Counted from the first letter of the stretch, positions 1-9,779 are shown. The stretch is 32,000 nt of DNA from Dickeya solani IPO 2222 (GCF_001644705.1 NZ_CP015137.1:2280001-2312000); one strand, 5' to 3'. A program made the numbers and translations. Notes: generated from the letters alone by a model not told the origin.

Positions 1-347
1 CCGGGGACGCGCCGCAGCAGGCGATGGTCGATGCCAATCAGATGCAGCAGATGTTCATCAACTTATTGAAAAACGCCGATGAAGCGATGGCGCCCGGGCA
101 GGGTGAAATCGTGCTGCGCTGGAAGGTGATTGCCCGGCAACTGCATATCGAGATTATCGACCAAGGCAAAGGGGTGGCGAATATCGAAAACCTGTTCGTG
201 CCGTTTTATACCACCAAGACACATGGCAGCGGCATCGGACTGATTCTGTGCCGGCAGATTGTCGAAGGCCATGACGGGCATCTGACGCTGGAGAACCGTA
301 AGGATGCAGAAGGTTGTGTCGTCAATATCTTCCTGCCGCTGGGATGA
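1..347 (+). CDS. vfmI: Sensor histidine kinase, C-terminal HATPase_c portion (5' end lies outside the window)
   Basis: The frame is open from the window edge. Motifs: N-box-like 'QMFINLLKNADEA', 'IDQGKG', and G2-like 'GSGIGLILCRQIVEGHDGHL'. Stop at 345-347. The symbol is tentative and comes from the position upstream of the PPTase in a vfm-like locus. Confidence 0.8.
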   Translation, partial: GDAPQQAMVDANQMQQMFINLLKNADEAMAPGQGEIVLRWKVIARQLHIEIIDQGKGVANIENLFVPFYTTKTHGSGIGLILCRQIVEGHDGHLTLENRKDAEGCVVNIFLPLG

Positions 348-1074
348 CCTGGCGGCGAGAACATGGCCGTATCCCCACTGTGTTGTAGTACCGCGTGCGC
401 AGCTGGCGTGCCCGGCAATCGTCGCTCAGGCTCGTCAGGCCTGCGGCATGTCGCCGGATGTGGCGTTGGCGTCCCGCCAACTGGCGGAAGGCATGCTGCG
501 TACCTTGCTGGCGCCGCTGTGTCAGCAAGAGGCCGCCGCATTACGCTTTGAGCGTAACCCGCATGGCAAACCGTTTTTGCCACAGCATCCGACAATTCAG
601 TTCAATCTATCCCACACTCATAGCGCCTTTGCTTTTGCGTTTGCGCGCCACAGCGCGGTGGGTGTGGATGTGGAAAGCTGTCAGGGTCATGTGGACCGTA
701 AGCGGTCAGTGGCCAGACGTTTCTTTCACCCTGACGAAATCCGCTGGCTGGATGCGTTTGATGACGTGCGATTCCTGCCGGCGTTCACCTGCTTGTGGAA
801 CCGCAAAGAGGCTTATATCAAAGCGCTGGGGTTAGGGTTGCACAAATCGCTGGCATCGTTCAGCTGCCTGGCCGACAGTCAGGGGGCTATTCGGGTGGCG
901 GATACCGGACAGATTAGCGATTGCCGGCTGGATGAAGCGTGGATTGCGGGGGAGCCGTCCGTCGCGCTCAGCTGCTGCCTTTTCCCCGCGAAATCGACCG
1001 AGCCGGATGCATGGCGCCTGCTGATACTGCGGGATGACGCGCCGGAAAACCGCGCATCGCTTCAGCAGCCGTGA
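304..1074 (+). CDS. vfmJ: Sfp/EntD-type 4'-phosphopantetheinyl transferase
   Basis: Motifs 'GKPFL', 'FNLSHTHSAFAFAFA', 'GVDVE' and 'WNRKEAYIKALGLG'. The start is uncertain: the ATG at 304 overlaps the kinase 3' end by 44 nt. The symbol is tentative. Confidence 0.8.
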   Translation: MQKVVSSISSCRWDDLAARTWPYPHCVVVPRAQLACPAIVAQARQACGMSPDVALASRQLAEGMLRTLLAPLCQQEAAALRFERNPHGKPFLPQHPTIQFNLSHTHSAFAFAFARHSAVGVDVESCQGHVDRKRSVARRFFHPDEIRWLDAFDDVRFLPAFTCLWNRKEAYIKALGLGLHKSLASFSCLADSQGAIRVADTGQISDCRLDEAWIAGEPSVALSCCLFPAKSTEPDAWRLLILRDDAPENRASLQQP

Positions 1075-1709
1075 TGGTCTATCAGGCTGGCCACGCCGTT
1101 GCTGGTATGAACCAGCGTATCCGGTGCTACTCTGACTCTGGCGCCGGTGGTGACGGTTCCACTCAGCTGTCGCACGTGGCATAACCGCGCGTCTACGCCC
1201 ATGGCGATGTTCACGACGGCTTCTTGCGCCGAAAAAGCCGGTTCATGGGTATTGAACGATGACCCCATCGCCAGCGACAGGTCGAGCTGACGCGTGTTGC
1301 CCGCGACATTGATCTCCGTGCCCATGCTGCCGTCAACCGTGAATGTGTCGGGCGAAACCGCACAAGCGGGAACGGCCATTTTGACGCCTGCCTGTGCCTT
1401 GATCGTATTAATCGGTGCGCCGATAGTGACCGTAATCGCCGCGCCGTGATCGCGCAGGATACTGTCATCGCTGGAATGGTTTTCGATTATCAGACTCTGT
1501 CCCTGAGGGCGGATGACCAGCTTCTCCAGAACATCCTGTCTGGCGCTGGCCTCCACGCGGTATCCATTACCGCAAACCAAAGTGACGCTCAGGCCACGGC
1601 TAACATCCAATGTCGTAAAGGAGGGCACATCCACGTTTTGCTGATTCGCCGGTGAACAAGCCACCGTCAATGGCAGCAGCACCAGCGCGGAACAAAGCAG
1701 CGCTTTCAT
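1062..1709 (-). CDS. Exported protein or probable lipoprotein with beta-helix-like repeats (DUF2807/GIN-domain-like)
   Basis: Signal peptide 'MKALLCSALVLLPLTVAC' followed by repetitive G-x-G beta-strand pattern. SD 'GGGAGAGAGG' lies upstream. Its 3' end overlaps the convergent PPTase gene by 13 nt. Confidence 0.65.
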   Translation of the reverse strand: MKALLCSALVLLPLTVACSPANQQNVDVPSFTTLDVSRGLSVTLVCGNGYRVEASARQDVLEKLVIRPQGQSLIIENHSSDDSILRDHGAAITVTIGAPINTIKAQAGVKMAVPACAVSPDTFTVDGSMGTEINVAGNTRQLDLSLAMGSSFNTHEPAFSAQEAVVNIAMGVDARLCHVRQLSGTVTTGARVRVAPDTLVHTSNGVASLIDHHGC

Positions 1710-1994
1710 TCCTCTCTCCCTTCTCCGTTGCTATCCCTGCCATGCCAGCCTGACGTCCCATATCAGGAGGGAACCCGCGGCCAGTTTATCCTTGTCTGGC
1801 CGATACCCGTCTGAATATTCATCCCTTGCTTCAGTCGAGGCGGTTCAGTTACATCCTTGTCTCTTATCGCCAGCAAGCCAGCGAAAGCTTTCCCTGATTG
1901 CTATTATGCATAGCGGAATTATCCATTTTTGTCTGAAATTGAGAACTGTTCTGATAAATGCGGCTAATAAATAGTGCGGCAAGATCGCGAAGGG

Positions 1995-2933
1995 TCAGAA
2001 CGGCGCGTCAGCGTGTCGGATTCGGCAACTGCCGATCCAGGCACCCAGACCGACGGACAGCATGACGTGGGGCTTGCCGGACTGAATGGCGGGCAACGCG
2101 GCTGGTAGCAACAGCAGCGGATCGACGGTGTAGCAGTGACCGATATTCGGCATCAGACCGAGTGCAATGTTTTCCAGCGGATGTTGATGACGGCGGGAAT
2201 AATTGAGCCAGCTTAACCGATTGACGTTGTGCGGTAAGAGATGGAGATGTGTCGGGTTGCCTGACTTTGTATTTTGTAACGCATCGGAAATCAGCTCATC
2301 ATGAGCTTGATAAAATGCTTTTTTGACGTGCTCGCTACCATGAATGCCTTCATGAAACTCTGGTCGTTGTCCAGTATAGACAGGCCCTATTTGGAAGCCG
2401 GATGGCTGATTTTCCAGCAGCAGTGCTGCGAAGGCATCACCAACTATAGTACAACCGGGAAAATATCGCTCCTGAATAGCAAATGCAGATAAGGTATCGC
2501 CGGCAATGATCGCCACCCGCTTCGCTCGTTGCTGCGACAGCAGCCGTTGAGCCAGCGCCAGCGCCCAAAACAGCGTGGCGCAGTTTTGCTGGTCGAGTTC
2601 GTAGCAGGGGGCATGATCGCGAATAAACGGATGTTCACGGCCAAGCTGGGTCAGCCAGGGTTCTCGCTCCGCCGCCTGCACCGGCATGCCGTGAGCGTAG
2701 ATCAGCACATCAGCCGGGCGCTCGGGGTGCGGCGACTGGCGCTGTAACTCGCTGAGCAGCCGGTGGAACACCGAGGCCAGCGGCACGTTGCTATCCAGCG
2801 CCGCCACCTGCCGAAAGCCGAACAGTTGCGAGAAGACCCGCGCTTCCGACGCGCTGGCGCCCGCGGCGAGAATAATATCACTGGCGTTCAGTCTCTGCTC
2901 AGGCACCCAAGTCACAAAGCGGGTCAGCCGCAC
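1995..2933 (-). CDS. KASIII (FabH)-like thiolase-fold enzyme, divergent
   Basis: Candidate Cys in 'QQNCATLFWAL', His in 'LLPHNVN', and a 'NIGHCYTVDP' block where FabH has 'GNTSAAS'. Paralogue of 5049-5972. Confidence 0.8.
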   Translation of the reverse strand: MRLTRFVTWVPEQRLNASDIILAAGASASEARVFSQLFGFRQVAALDSNVPLASVFHRLLSELQRQSPHPERPADVLIYAHGMPVQAAEREPWLTQLGREHPFIRDHAPCYELDQQNCATLFWALALAQRLLSQQRAKRVAIIAGDTLSAFAIQERYFPGCTIVGDAFAALLLENQPSGFQIGPVYTGQRPEFHEGIHGSEHVKKAFYQAHDELISDALQNTKSGNPTHLHLLPHNVNRLSWLNYSRRHQHPLENIALGLMPNIGHCYTVDPLLLLPAALPAIQSGKPHVMLSVGLGAWIGSCRIRHADAPF

Positions 2934-2970
2934 TATTATTTCTGCCTCTGCAATTATTCCTGTCCCTGCA

Positions 2971-3828
2971 TTATTCCAACCCCTGCAATGCGACTGCGCT
3001 GAGCGTGTCCTGATAATGAATCAGCAGCAGATAATCACGGCCTGGCTGGTAATTTTCCGCCAGCGTCACAAACGGCGCGGCGCACACCAGATGCGGATTG
3101 GCGGCGATACCGGTCAGCGCCGGCGGCAGCGCCGCCAGTAGCAGCGGTTCCGCCACCACGCATAGACGGTCTTGCCGCAGGGCAAAGCGCTGGCATAACT
3201 GGACCACGGTTTGCGCCAGGGTGTCGGCAGTGGGCTGCGGGTGGCGACAGAAACCCTGATAGCGCAGCGGCTGCTCATGGCAGCTGACGGAAAACAGGCA
3301 GGCGTTGTTTTCCGGGGCGAGCGATTCAAGCAGGGTGGAGTGATACGGCAGGCTGCTCTGGTCGGCGATCAGCAACAGCGAGTCATGGTCGTCTTCCTGC
3401 TGGCAATTGGCGATGCTGGAGAGCGCAAACAGCGCCGCATCCGGCCCGCGATCGCTGATGGTCAGCGCCAGGCAGGCCGGCAGCCTGAGCGATTCGATCA
3501 CATAGTTGATCACCGAACTGCCAAGGTGTAAATCCGGTGTCCAGTGCGCCATCAGCACACTGTCGATATGCGACAGATCGTTTCTGGCCCGATAAACGGG
3601 CAGCAACTGACCGATCATGTTGATGAACGAGGTCAGGTCGCTGGTCCGGCTGCCGCATTGCAGGTTGGTCATCCTCTCATGCCAGTCAAGACCATTGCTG
3701 GCGAAGAACCGGGTGGCGTAGCTGTGCCAGTAATACTCCTGCGCCGGGCTGATCGCCTGCCGCGGCATGCTGGCGGGCGACGCAAAGCGGCGGTGCAGTA
3801 TCGACCGTGGGTCAAGATACGTGGGCAC
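2971..3828 (-). CDS. Conserved unknown protein; possible catalytic-Cys-less KS-like protein (paralogue of 13212-14120)
   Basis: Shared blocks 'AHWTPD', 'SDRG..A.LFAL', 'LLIADQ' and 'CAAPFV' with 13212-14120. GTG start overlaps the upstream ACAD gene by 17 nt. Confidence 0.65.
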   Translation of the reverse strand: MPTYLDPRSILHRRFASPASMPRQAISPAQEYYWHSYATRFFASNGLDWHERMTNLQCGSRTSDLTSFINMIGQLLPVYRARNDLSHIDSVLMAHWTPDLHLGSSVINYVIESLRLPACLALTISDRGPDAALFALSSIANCQQEDDHDSLLLIADQSSLPYHSTLLESLAPENNACLFSVSCHEQPLRYQGFCRHPQPTADTLAQTVVQLCQRFALRQDRLCVVAEPLLLAALPPALTGIAANPHLVCAAPFVTLAENYQPGRDYLLLIHYQDTLSAVALQGLE

Positions 3829-4948
3829 AGACGCCTCCCCTGGCAGTGTAGCAACGGAAACTGTTCATCAGATGGATATTGGCGGTGCCTTCCATGTATT
3901 CGAACGCCAGCGCGTCGCGACAGCGACGGCGCAACGGCGCGTCTTCCAGCCACGCCTGCTCGCCCAGCAGATGCGGCATGCAGTGCGCCACCGTTTCCAC
4001 GAACAGGGTACAGCGTCGTTTCAACTGGCTGGTGAGGTGGTATTGCGGCCGACCGGACTGGTAACGCTCGGCGATTTCCGACAGCTGCTGTCGCAGCAGA
4101 TGATAAGTGCGCCACTGCTGGGCGCGCCAGCGTTGTTGTTCGGTGTTTAGCGCGGTGTCGTCCAGCACGCGCAGCAGCCCATAGGCGGTGCCGAGCGCCA
4201 TGGCGCCGACCATGGGGCGGTGGCGTTCGAACACCTGCCCCAACGCGGTCAGCCCCTGGTTCAGTCCTTTGCGGTCATAGCCCAGAATACGATCCGACGT
4301 GACCGGCAGCCCGTTGATCTCGATTTCCGTCAGGTTAGAGCCCTGCAGCCCGAACTGCTCAAGCGGCGTAATCGTCATATGAGAGGCGGCTTGTTCCGGC
4401 TCTACCATCACCAGCCGCTGGAGGTTGCCTTCACGGGCGAAGACCAGCCCAACGGACGCCAGTTGCGCGCCGCCGATAAATTTCTTGCGAGCGTGCAGTA
4501 CGTAGCCGTTATCGGCTGGCGTCAGTGAAGAGGTGATCGATTGCGTATCGGAGCCGACTTCAGGCTCGGTGACGGCAAAAAACGCCCAGCAAGGTGGCTG
4601 GTTAAAGCGGGAGAAGAAGAATGCCTGCTGCTCCGGCGTGCCCAATATCGTGACCGCTCGTGCCGACAGCGAGGCGCCGGGCAACATCATCAGACCGCTG
4701 GCGTCGAAGCGGCTAAGGTACTCCAACATGTCGATATGATCGCTATAGTGGCAGGCCTGATAGTCCCAACCCCGGAACGGAATGAATTTAGGCGGAATGC
4801 CAATATAGGCGATGGTATAAAGCAACTCATCCTCAAGACAGGATAACGCCCGGCTACGATCGGATTCTACCTGACTGGCCGCCTGCCGTAATTTTTCGCC
4901 CAGTGCATCCAATTCTTTTAATACATTACTGAACGTAAGAGCCTTCAT
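3812..4948 (-). CDS. Acyl-CoA (or acyl-carrier-protein) dehydrogenase family flavoenzyme
   Basis: 'FAVTEPEVGSD' and C-terminal 'FEYMEGTANI' (catalytic-Glu region). Start moved to the ATG at 4948 ('MKALTF'), which has SD 'AGGA' 7 nt upstream. Confidence 0.85.
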   Translation of the reverse strand: MKALTFSNVLKELDALGEKLRQAASQVESDRSRALSCLEDELLYTIAYIGIPPKFIPFRGWDYQACHYSDHIDMLEYLSRFDASGLMMLPGASLSARAVTILGTPEQQAFFFSRFNQPPCWAFFAVTEPEVGSDTQSITSSLTPADNGYVLHARKKFIGGAQLASVGLVFAREGNLQRLVMVEPEQAASHMTITPLEQFGLQGSNLTEIEINGLPVTSDRILGYDRKGLNQGLTALGQVFERHRPMVGAMALGTAYGLLRVLDDTALNTEQQRWRAQQWRTYHLLRQQLSEIAERYQSGRPQYHLTSQLKRRCTLFVETVAHCMPHLLGEQAWLEDAPLRRRCRDALAFEYMEGTANIHLMNSFRCYTARGGVCAHVS

Positions 4949-5048
4949 GTTCTGTCCTGTTAGTCGAGTCGCAAAAAATACCATTCGCACGGTAATTATG
5001 TACCTTATCGGGAATAATAGTGGTGTATTGCCCGATATTGCGTTTTGG

Positions 5049-5972
5049 TTAAATCTTGATCAGTAACGATGAGTAGGTCGCGCCCAGCCCCACGCTGACC
5101 AGCAGCACGGTGTCGCCTTTGCGCAGCCGCTGCTGTTGCTGCAACTGGCACAGGTTGATAAACGGGTCGGCGCCAAAGCAGTGACCATAGCGCGAGACGT
5201 TTTCCAGAAAGATTTTCTCTCGTGGAAAATTCATCAACTGCGCCAGATGATGCCACGACGAGAGATTGACGTTATGAGGGGCGATCCAGTCAATACAATC
5301 AATGGTTACGCCGGCTTTGTCCAGCGCTGCTTGCAGGTGCCGGCAGGTAAAATCAATATAATGCTGCCCGAAGTCGGAGGTCTCGTGCTCATCGGCACCT
5401 TTCTGGATGCTGAAACGTCCGTCCTGACCGGTATAACGGCTGAGGATCGCCGGGCCGTCGCCCTGACGGCTCAACAGCACCGCACAGGCGGCTTCGCCCA
5501 TCAGGGTGGTGTCTTTGATCAGCCTGACCCTGGGGTGAAAGGCTTTCTCGCCGATCAGTATCAGGCCGAAGCCGTCGGGCGAGAGCTGTTTTAGCAACCA
5601 TTCCGCCGCGGTGAGCGGGGTGGCGCAGTGACCCATGGTCAGGCTGGCGAATTCGGTCTGGGGTGAAAAGCGATCCAGCCAGGACGGTGTCTGGCTCACG
5701 GTTTCGAACACCCGCACGCAAGGTACGGTATGGCAGTGCACGACATGGCTGATGGCGGCGAAAGCCTGCGGCCGGTTGCGCTGCATCTGGTCGACAACCG
5801 GCGTCAGCAGTTCGTCCAGCGTGCCGGGGCCGCCGTGAAAGCGGCGTAACCCGTAAAAACGGTCAAACATGCGTACATCAAGCCGGGTCAGGCCGACTTC
5901 CTGCGCGACCTCGTCCAGTGATTGTATTACGGGCGGAAACGCGACTTCTATCGCCTCAAGGTGTCCTAGCAC
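5049..5972 (-). CDS. KASIII (FabH)-like thiolase-fold enzyme, divergent
   Basis: Candidate Cys in 'TMGHCATPL', His in 'IAPHNVN', and 'RYGHCFGADP' in place of the FabH Asn block. GTG start with SD 'AGGAG'. Confidence 0.85.
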   Translation of the reverse strand: MLGHLEAIEVAFPPVIQSLDEVAQEVGLTRLDVRMFDRFYGLRRFHGGPGTLDELLTPVVDQMQRNRPQAFAAISHVVHCHTVPCVRVFETVSQTPSWLDRFSPQTEFASLTMGHCATPLTAAEWLLKQLSPDGFGLILIGEKAFHPRVRLIKDTTLMGEAACAVLLSRQGDGPAILSRYTGQDGRFSIQKGADEHETSDFGQHYIDFTCRHLQAALDKAGVTIDCIDWIAPHNVNLSSWHHLAQLMNFPREKIFLENVSRYGHCFGADPFINLCQLQQQQRLRKGDTVLLVSVGLGATYSSLLIKI

Positions 5973-6082
5973 AAGCGCACTCCTGGCGGTTAGCGGGGTG
6001 AAAAAGAGCGAACGGCGTGTCCGGCGTCATGGTATGGGGTGTTTCATGATATGTGGCGTTTCATAGCGGCGGCGCGACGGGG

Positions 6083-6595
6083 TTAGCGTGGGTAAAGCCG
6101 GCAGTAACGGTAGACGACCGGTGTAGCGTCGGCGCATGGACTGATGCGGCGCAGCGGGTCGCTCAGATACAGCACGGCGCTATCGTGGTCCAGCAGCGTA
6201 CCGGCCAAATCACGTTCGGCCTGTATCCGCCCCTGCGCTTTGATCCCCAGACTGTGATGAAAACCCGGCGCGGCATAGAGCAGGCTTTGCAGCAGCGGGG
6301 TGCGGAACTGGAGCGGCGCGCCGTGATACTCGTACAGCAGGATGCTGTTGGCATGGCTGGCGCAAAAATGGCGGCAGAGAGCGATGACGTTGGCGGCATG
6401 CAGGCCGAATGGGTCGCTGTGGACCGGCTCATGTAGAAACCAGGGAATATCGGGATCGGCATGATTGAGGGCAAACCAGGGAGACAACAGGGCATGCTGT
6501 TGCGCGGTTAACGGGGTCGCGCGGGTTTCCACCGCCAAACTGCCGGTTTCCTGCACTAGCGAGCGGCTAACGGGGGCCAGCGCCGGGTGTGCCAT
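6083..6595 (-). CDS. Hypothetical protein (170 aa), operon member
   Basis: The ATG lies 1 nt after the stop of the upstream ACAD gene (TAG-C-ATG). I recognised no family. Confidence 0.55.
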   Translation of the reverse strand: MAHPALAPVSRSLVQETGSLAVETRATPLTAQQHALLSPWFALNHADPDIPWFLHEPVHSDPFGLHAANVIALCRHFCASHANSILLYEYHGAPLQFRTPLLQSLLYAAPGFHHSLGIKAQGRIQAERDLAGTLLDHDSAVLYLSDPLRRISPCADATPVVYRYCRLYPR

Positions 6596-6596
6596 G

Positions 6597-7730
6597 CTAC
6601 ACCCCCCGATAACCGTGGTTGATCAGGTGGATAAAGGTGGTGCCTTCGGTGTATTCAAAGGCTTTCACGTCGCGCCAGGCTTTCGCCAGACGTGGATATT
6701 CGCCCAGCGCGGCGGGCGGCGCATGATGAATGACGGCCATCACCACCTGCTCGGCCACCCGGGTGGCGGTGATTTTTGCCAGTCCGGCGTCGCGCCCGCA
6801 GGTTTCCCCTTGCTCAAAACGTTTGCAGACCATCCGGGCCTGCGACATGGCCGCCTGCAACTGCCGCCGGGCTTTCAGCAACCAGGCGGCGCGGGGCGTG
6901 GCCCAGCGCTGCTGCAGGGCGAGGTCGAGCGCGGAACGGGCGACGCCAAGCGCAATCGCACCGACGCAGGGGCGCAGCGAGTCGAAGGTTACCATCGCGG
7001 AGCGGGCAAAGCGCTCGGTCGGTCTCAAGTGTTGACCCAGCAGCGCGCTGTCCGGTACGAACAGATCCCGAAACGTCAGATGCGACACGTTGCAGCCCGG
7101 TACGCCGTTGATCGGGATACGTTCGGCGAACACACCATCCTGATGACGTGGCGCAAAGGTGAAGACATTGATGCCGAGCGGGCCGGACGCGGTGCGGGCA
7201 AACAGCACCCCGGTGTCGGCAATGATCCCATTGCCAATCAGATATTTCTCGCCGTTGACCAGCCAGCCGCCGTCCACCTTGATAGCGCTGGTCTGGATTT
7301 GCTGCGCATCGCTGCCCACTTCCGGCTCGGTCATGGCAAAGCAGCTCCAGGTCAGCTCGCGGCTAAACTGGGAGAAGAACGCATCCTGCTGTTCCTGGCT
7401 GCCCATATTTTCCACCACCAGCGCCGCCATGCCGGGTCCCGGCGCGGCGAACAGCAGGTTGGGGTCAATGTAGCCAAACGATTCGTAGGCTTCGCACCGC
7501 AGGGGCAACGGCAGCGTGCGCAGGGCGACGCCATCGTCCTCCAGCCAGCAGGCTGGCCGGTAGTCGGCTGGCACGCCCAGCGTATTGAGCATCGGCGCCA
7601 GCGAATACTGTGCGGTAAGGCGCGCTTTTTCCGGGGCGATATCGATTTGCCCGCCAAGGTGACGCCCCTCGGGCAGGGTGTCTTCGATCAGGTGCTTCAG
7701 CGGTGCCAGGAAAAGGGCGTAATCATTCAC
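6597..7730 (-). CDS. Acyl-CoA (or acyl-carrier-protein) dehydrogenase family flavoenzyme
   Basis: 'FAMTEPEVGSD' and C-terminal 'FEYTEGTTFI'. The GTG start shares a GTGA overlap with the upstream stop. Paralogue of 3812-4948. Confidence 0.85.
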   Translation of the reverse strand: MNDYALFLAPLKHLIEDTLPEGRHLGGQIDIAPEKARLTAQYSLAPMLNTLGVPADYRPACWLEDDGVALRTLPLPLRCEAYESFGYIDPNLLFAAPGPGMAALVVENMGSQEQQDAFFSQFSRELTWSCFAMTEPEVGSDAQQIQTSAIKVDGGWLVNGEKYLIGNGIIADTGVLFARTASGPLGINVFTFAPRHQDGVFAERIPINGVPGCNVSHLTFRDLFVPDSALLGQHLRPTERFARSAMVTFDSLRPCVGAIALGVARSALDLALQQRWATPRAAWLLKARRQLQAAMSQARMVCKRFEQGETCGRDAGLAKITATRVAEQVVMAVIHHAPPAALGEYPRLAKAWRDVKAFEYTEGTTFIHLINHGYRGV

Positions 7731-8158
7731 GCGGTTTCTCCTTGTGCGATCAGACTGGTGCTGCCGGACATGATCTCCATGATGCCCGCCTCCGGTTTAT
7801 ACAGATGGCTGGCCAGCGGCCCCTGCGGGTAGGCATGAAACGGGCGCGTCAGCGTCAGCCAGCCGTCGTCGCGCAGCTGTTGATATCTTTTATTGAAATC
7901 ATCCACTTCAAAGCAGATGTGGTAGGGCAGGCAATCCTTGTTTTCCCTGTCCAGCATGCCGCTCAGCAGCCGGTTTTCCGGCAGCGGTTCCACCAGCTCA
8001 ATCTGCATGTCGTGGCGGGTTGTGTTCATGAAGGTGACGTAAATCTGCTGCGCGCTGACTTTTTTGCGGTGCACGGTGATCTGCGGGAAAAAGGTCGCCA
8101 TTGCTGCAATAGTGGTATCGCTATTCCTGACGATGTATCCAAGATGGCTGAATTTCAT
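7727..8158 (-). CDS. VOC/glyoxalase-fold protein (methylmalonyl-CoA-epimerase-like)
   Basis: 143 aa. 'MKFSHLGYIV', 'IELVEP' and 'YHICFEVDD' fit the typical VOC pattern. Confidence 0.75.
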   Translation of the reverse strand: MKFSHLGYIVRNSDTTIAAMATFFPQITVHRKKVSAQQIYVTFMNTTRHDMQIELVEPLPENRLLSGMLDRENKDCLPYHICFEVDDFNKRYQQLRDDGWLTLTRPFHAYPQGPLASHLYKPEAGIMEIMSGSTSLIAQGETA

Positions 8159-8255
8159 GACTTTTCCCCCGTCAATACCGTTTGTATCAGACTACCGGTG
8201 ACAGCAGTTTTTTTTTATGCCTGCTTGCAGGTCGTACCGCTATTTCGGGGAAGTG

Positions 8256-9779
8256 TTACTTCGGTAGGGCTCCTGCATCGGTTTCGCCTTGCCGCATCAG
8301 CGCCTGGCGGTCGGTTTTGCCGTGCAGCGTCAGCGGAAACGGGCCGGTGAACCGGATGACGCGCGGCACCATGTAAGTGGGCAGCCGCTGCGCCAGATCG
8401 CGCCGTAGACTGTCACGATGGGCAGTGGTGTCGATGTTCAAATGGACGCATAACACCAGTTCAGCTACAACGTTATTGTTTTTCTCAATGATCACCGCTG
8501 ATTGTTTTACCTGATCGCATTGGCTGGCGGCTTTCTCTATTTCGGCCAGATCGATTCGATTACCGTGCCATTTGATTTGGCTATCATTGCGCCCCTGAAT
8601 GAACAGTTGCCCCTGTTCGTCCAGATAGCCGATATCGCCGGTACGGTAATAACGTTCATTATTCTTATAACCAAATGCCTGATTGGCAGGCAGATCATTT
8701 GGTAAATACCCCACACCGACCTGGGGGCCCAGAATGACGATTTCGCCGTGTTGACCAGCCGGAAGTGGTTTTTCCCTCTCATCCCAGACCACAATGCGGT
8801 TTGTGCCTTGCGGTTGTCCCAATGGCAACGCGCCTACCGTTTTGGCGTCAATAATGGGGGGTAAACATAAGGCGTGGGTGACACAGGTAGTTTCGGTGGG
8901 ACCATATGCGTGCCGTACTTCTGCCTGAGGAAACCGAGTTTGCAATGTTTGTACCAATGAGGGAGAAACCGGCTCCCCACCAACGAAAATCACACGTAGT
9001 TCAGGCAGACTTTTGGCGTTGAACTGGCGATCCATACACATAATGTCTAAAAAGCTGGGTGTGGAAAACCAACTGCTGGCTTTTACTGCGGATTCGGTGA
9101 GCAACTGCAGGTTCTTGCGGGGGCGGATATTATTACCGTGATTGAGCATCATGACCGGTTTGCCTGCAGCCAGTGAGGGGAAAAGGTCCATAACCCCCAT
9201 ATCGAAAGACAGGCAGGCATGATTAACGTGACTGCCGGGGAAGCGTTCTGCTTCAAGGCTGGGGATGTACCAGTTAGAAAACGCAGCAAAATTCCCATAA
9301 CTGATTTTCACCCCTTTCGGTTCGCCGGTGCTGCCGGAGGTGGTCAGAATATAAAAGAGTTGTTCTGGTGAAGGGATAACCGCCGGGAGCAAATGGCTCC
9401 TGTCCGGCAGACTGGTCGTGATGATGGTCGGTGCCGGCAATGAGGGGAATGCGGTTCGCGGTTCACATGTCAGCAGTATCAGGTCTGTCTGAACCATTGC
9501 GGCGATCCGCTCGATACGGGCTGCCGGGTTGGCGATGTCGGTAAAGGTGAACGGAATGGCTTCAAACGCGCAGGCCAGCATGGCGGCGGCGGCGTCTAAC
9601 TGCTTGTGGCCGTAAATCATGACGCAGCGCGGCGTGTGTCGGCGCAACACCTGGCGAATGCCTTCCACCCGGCGTCCTAGCTGCGCGAAGGTATAGCTGC
9701 CGCTGTCGTTGACGAGGGCGAGCTGCTGCGGGTTTTCCCGCATTTGTGTCTGAATCGGATTAAGAACTGACGAAAACAT
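8256..9779 (-). CDS. vfmP: Stand-alone amino-acid adenylation enzyme (DltA/NRPS A-domain-like)
   Basis: 'LTTSGSTGEPKGV', 'YGPTETT', 'YRTGD', 'GRNDSQIKWHGNRIDLAEIE' and 'LHGKTDRQ'. Start moved to the ATG at 9779 ('MFSSVL'), overlapping the upstream gene by 20 nt. The symbol is tentative. Confidence 0.85.
   Translation of the reverse strand: MFSSVLNPIQTQMRENPQQLALVNDSGSYTFAQLGRRVEGIRQVLRRHTPRCVMIYGHKQLDAAAAMLACAFEAIPFTFTDIANPAARIERIAAMVQTDLILLTCEPRTAFPSLPAPTIITTSLPDRSHLLPAVIPSPEQLFYILTTSGSTGEPKGVKISYGNFAAFSNWYIPSLEAERFPGSHVNHACLSFDMGVMDLFPSLAAGKPVMMLNHGNNIRPRKNLQLLTESAVKASSWFSTPSFLDIMCMDRQFNAKSLPELRVIFVGGEPVSPSLVQTLQTRFPQAEVRHAYGPTETTCVTHALCLPPIIDAKTVGALPLGQPQGTNRIVVWDEREKPLPAGQHGEIVILGPQVGVGYLPNDLPANQAFGYKNNERYYRTGDIGYLDEQGQLFIQGRNDSQIKWHGNRIDLAEIEKAASQCDQVKQSAVIIEKNNNVVAELVLCVHLNIDTTAHRDSLRRDLAQRLPTYMVPRVIRFTGPFPLTLHGKTDRQALMRQGETDAGALPK

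Noticed and set aside
6465-7832. 455-aa plus-strand ORF
   Set aside because: It lies entirely antisense to the well-supported ACAD and VOC genes. Its Arg/Gly/Ala/Pro-rich low-complexity translation is typical of a shadow ORF in GC-rich DNA. I saw no motif.
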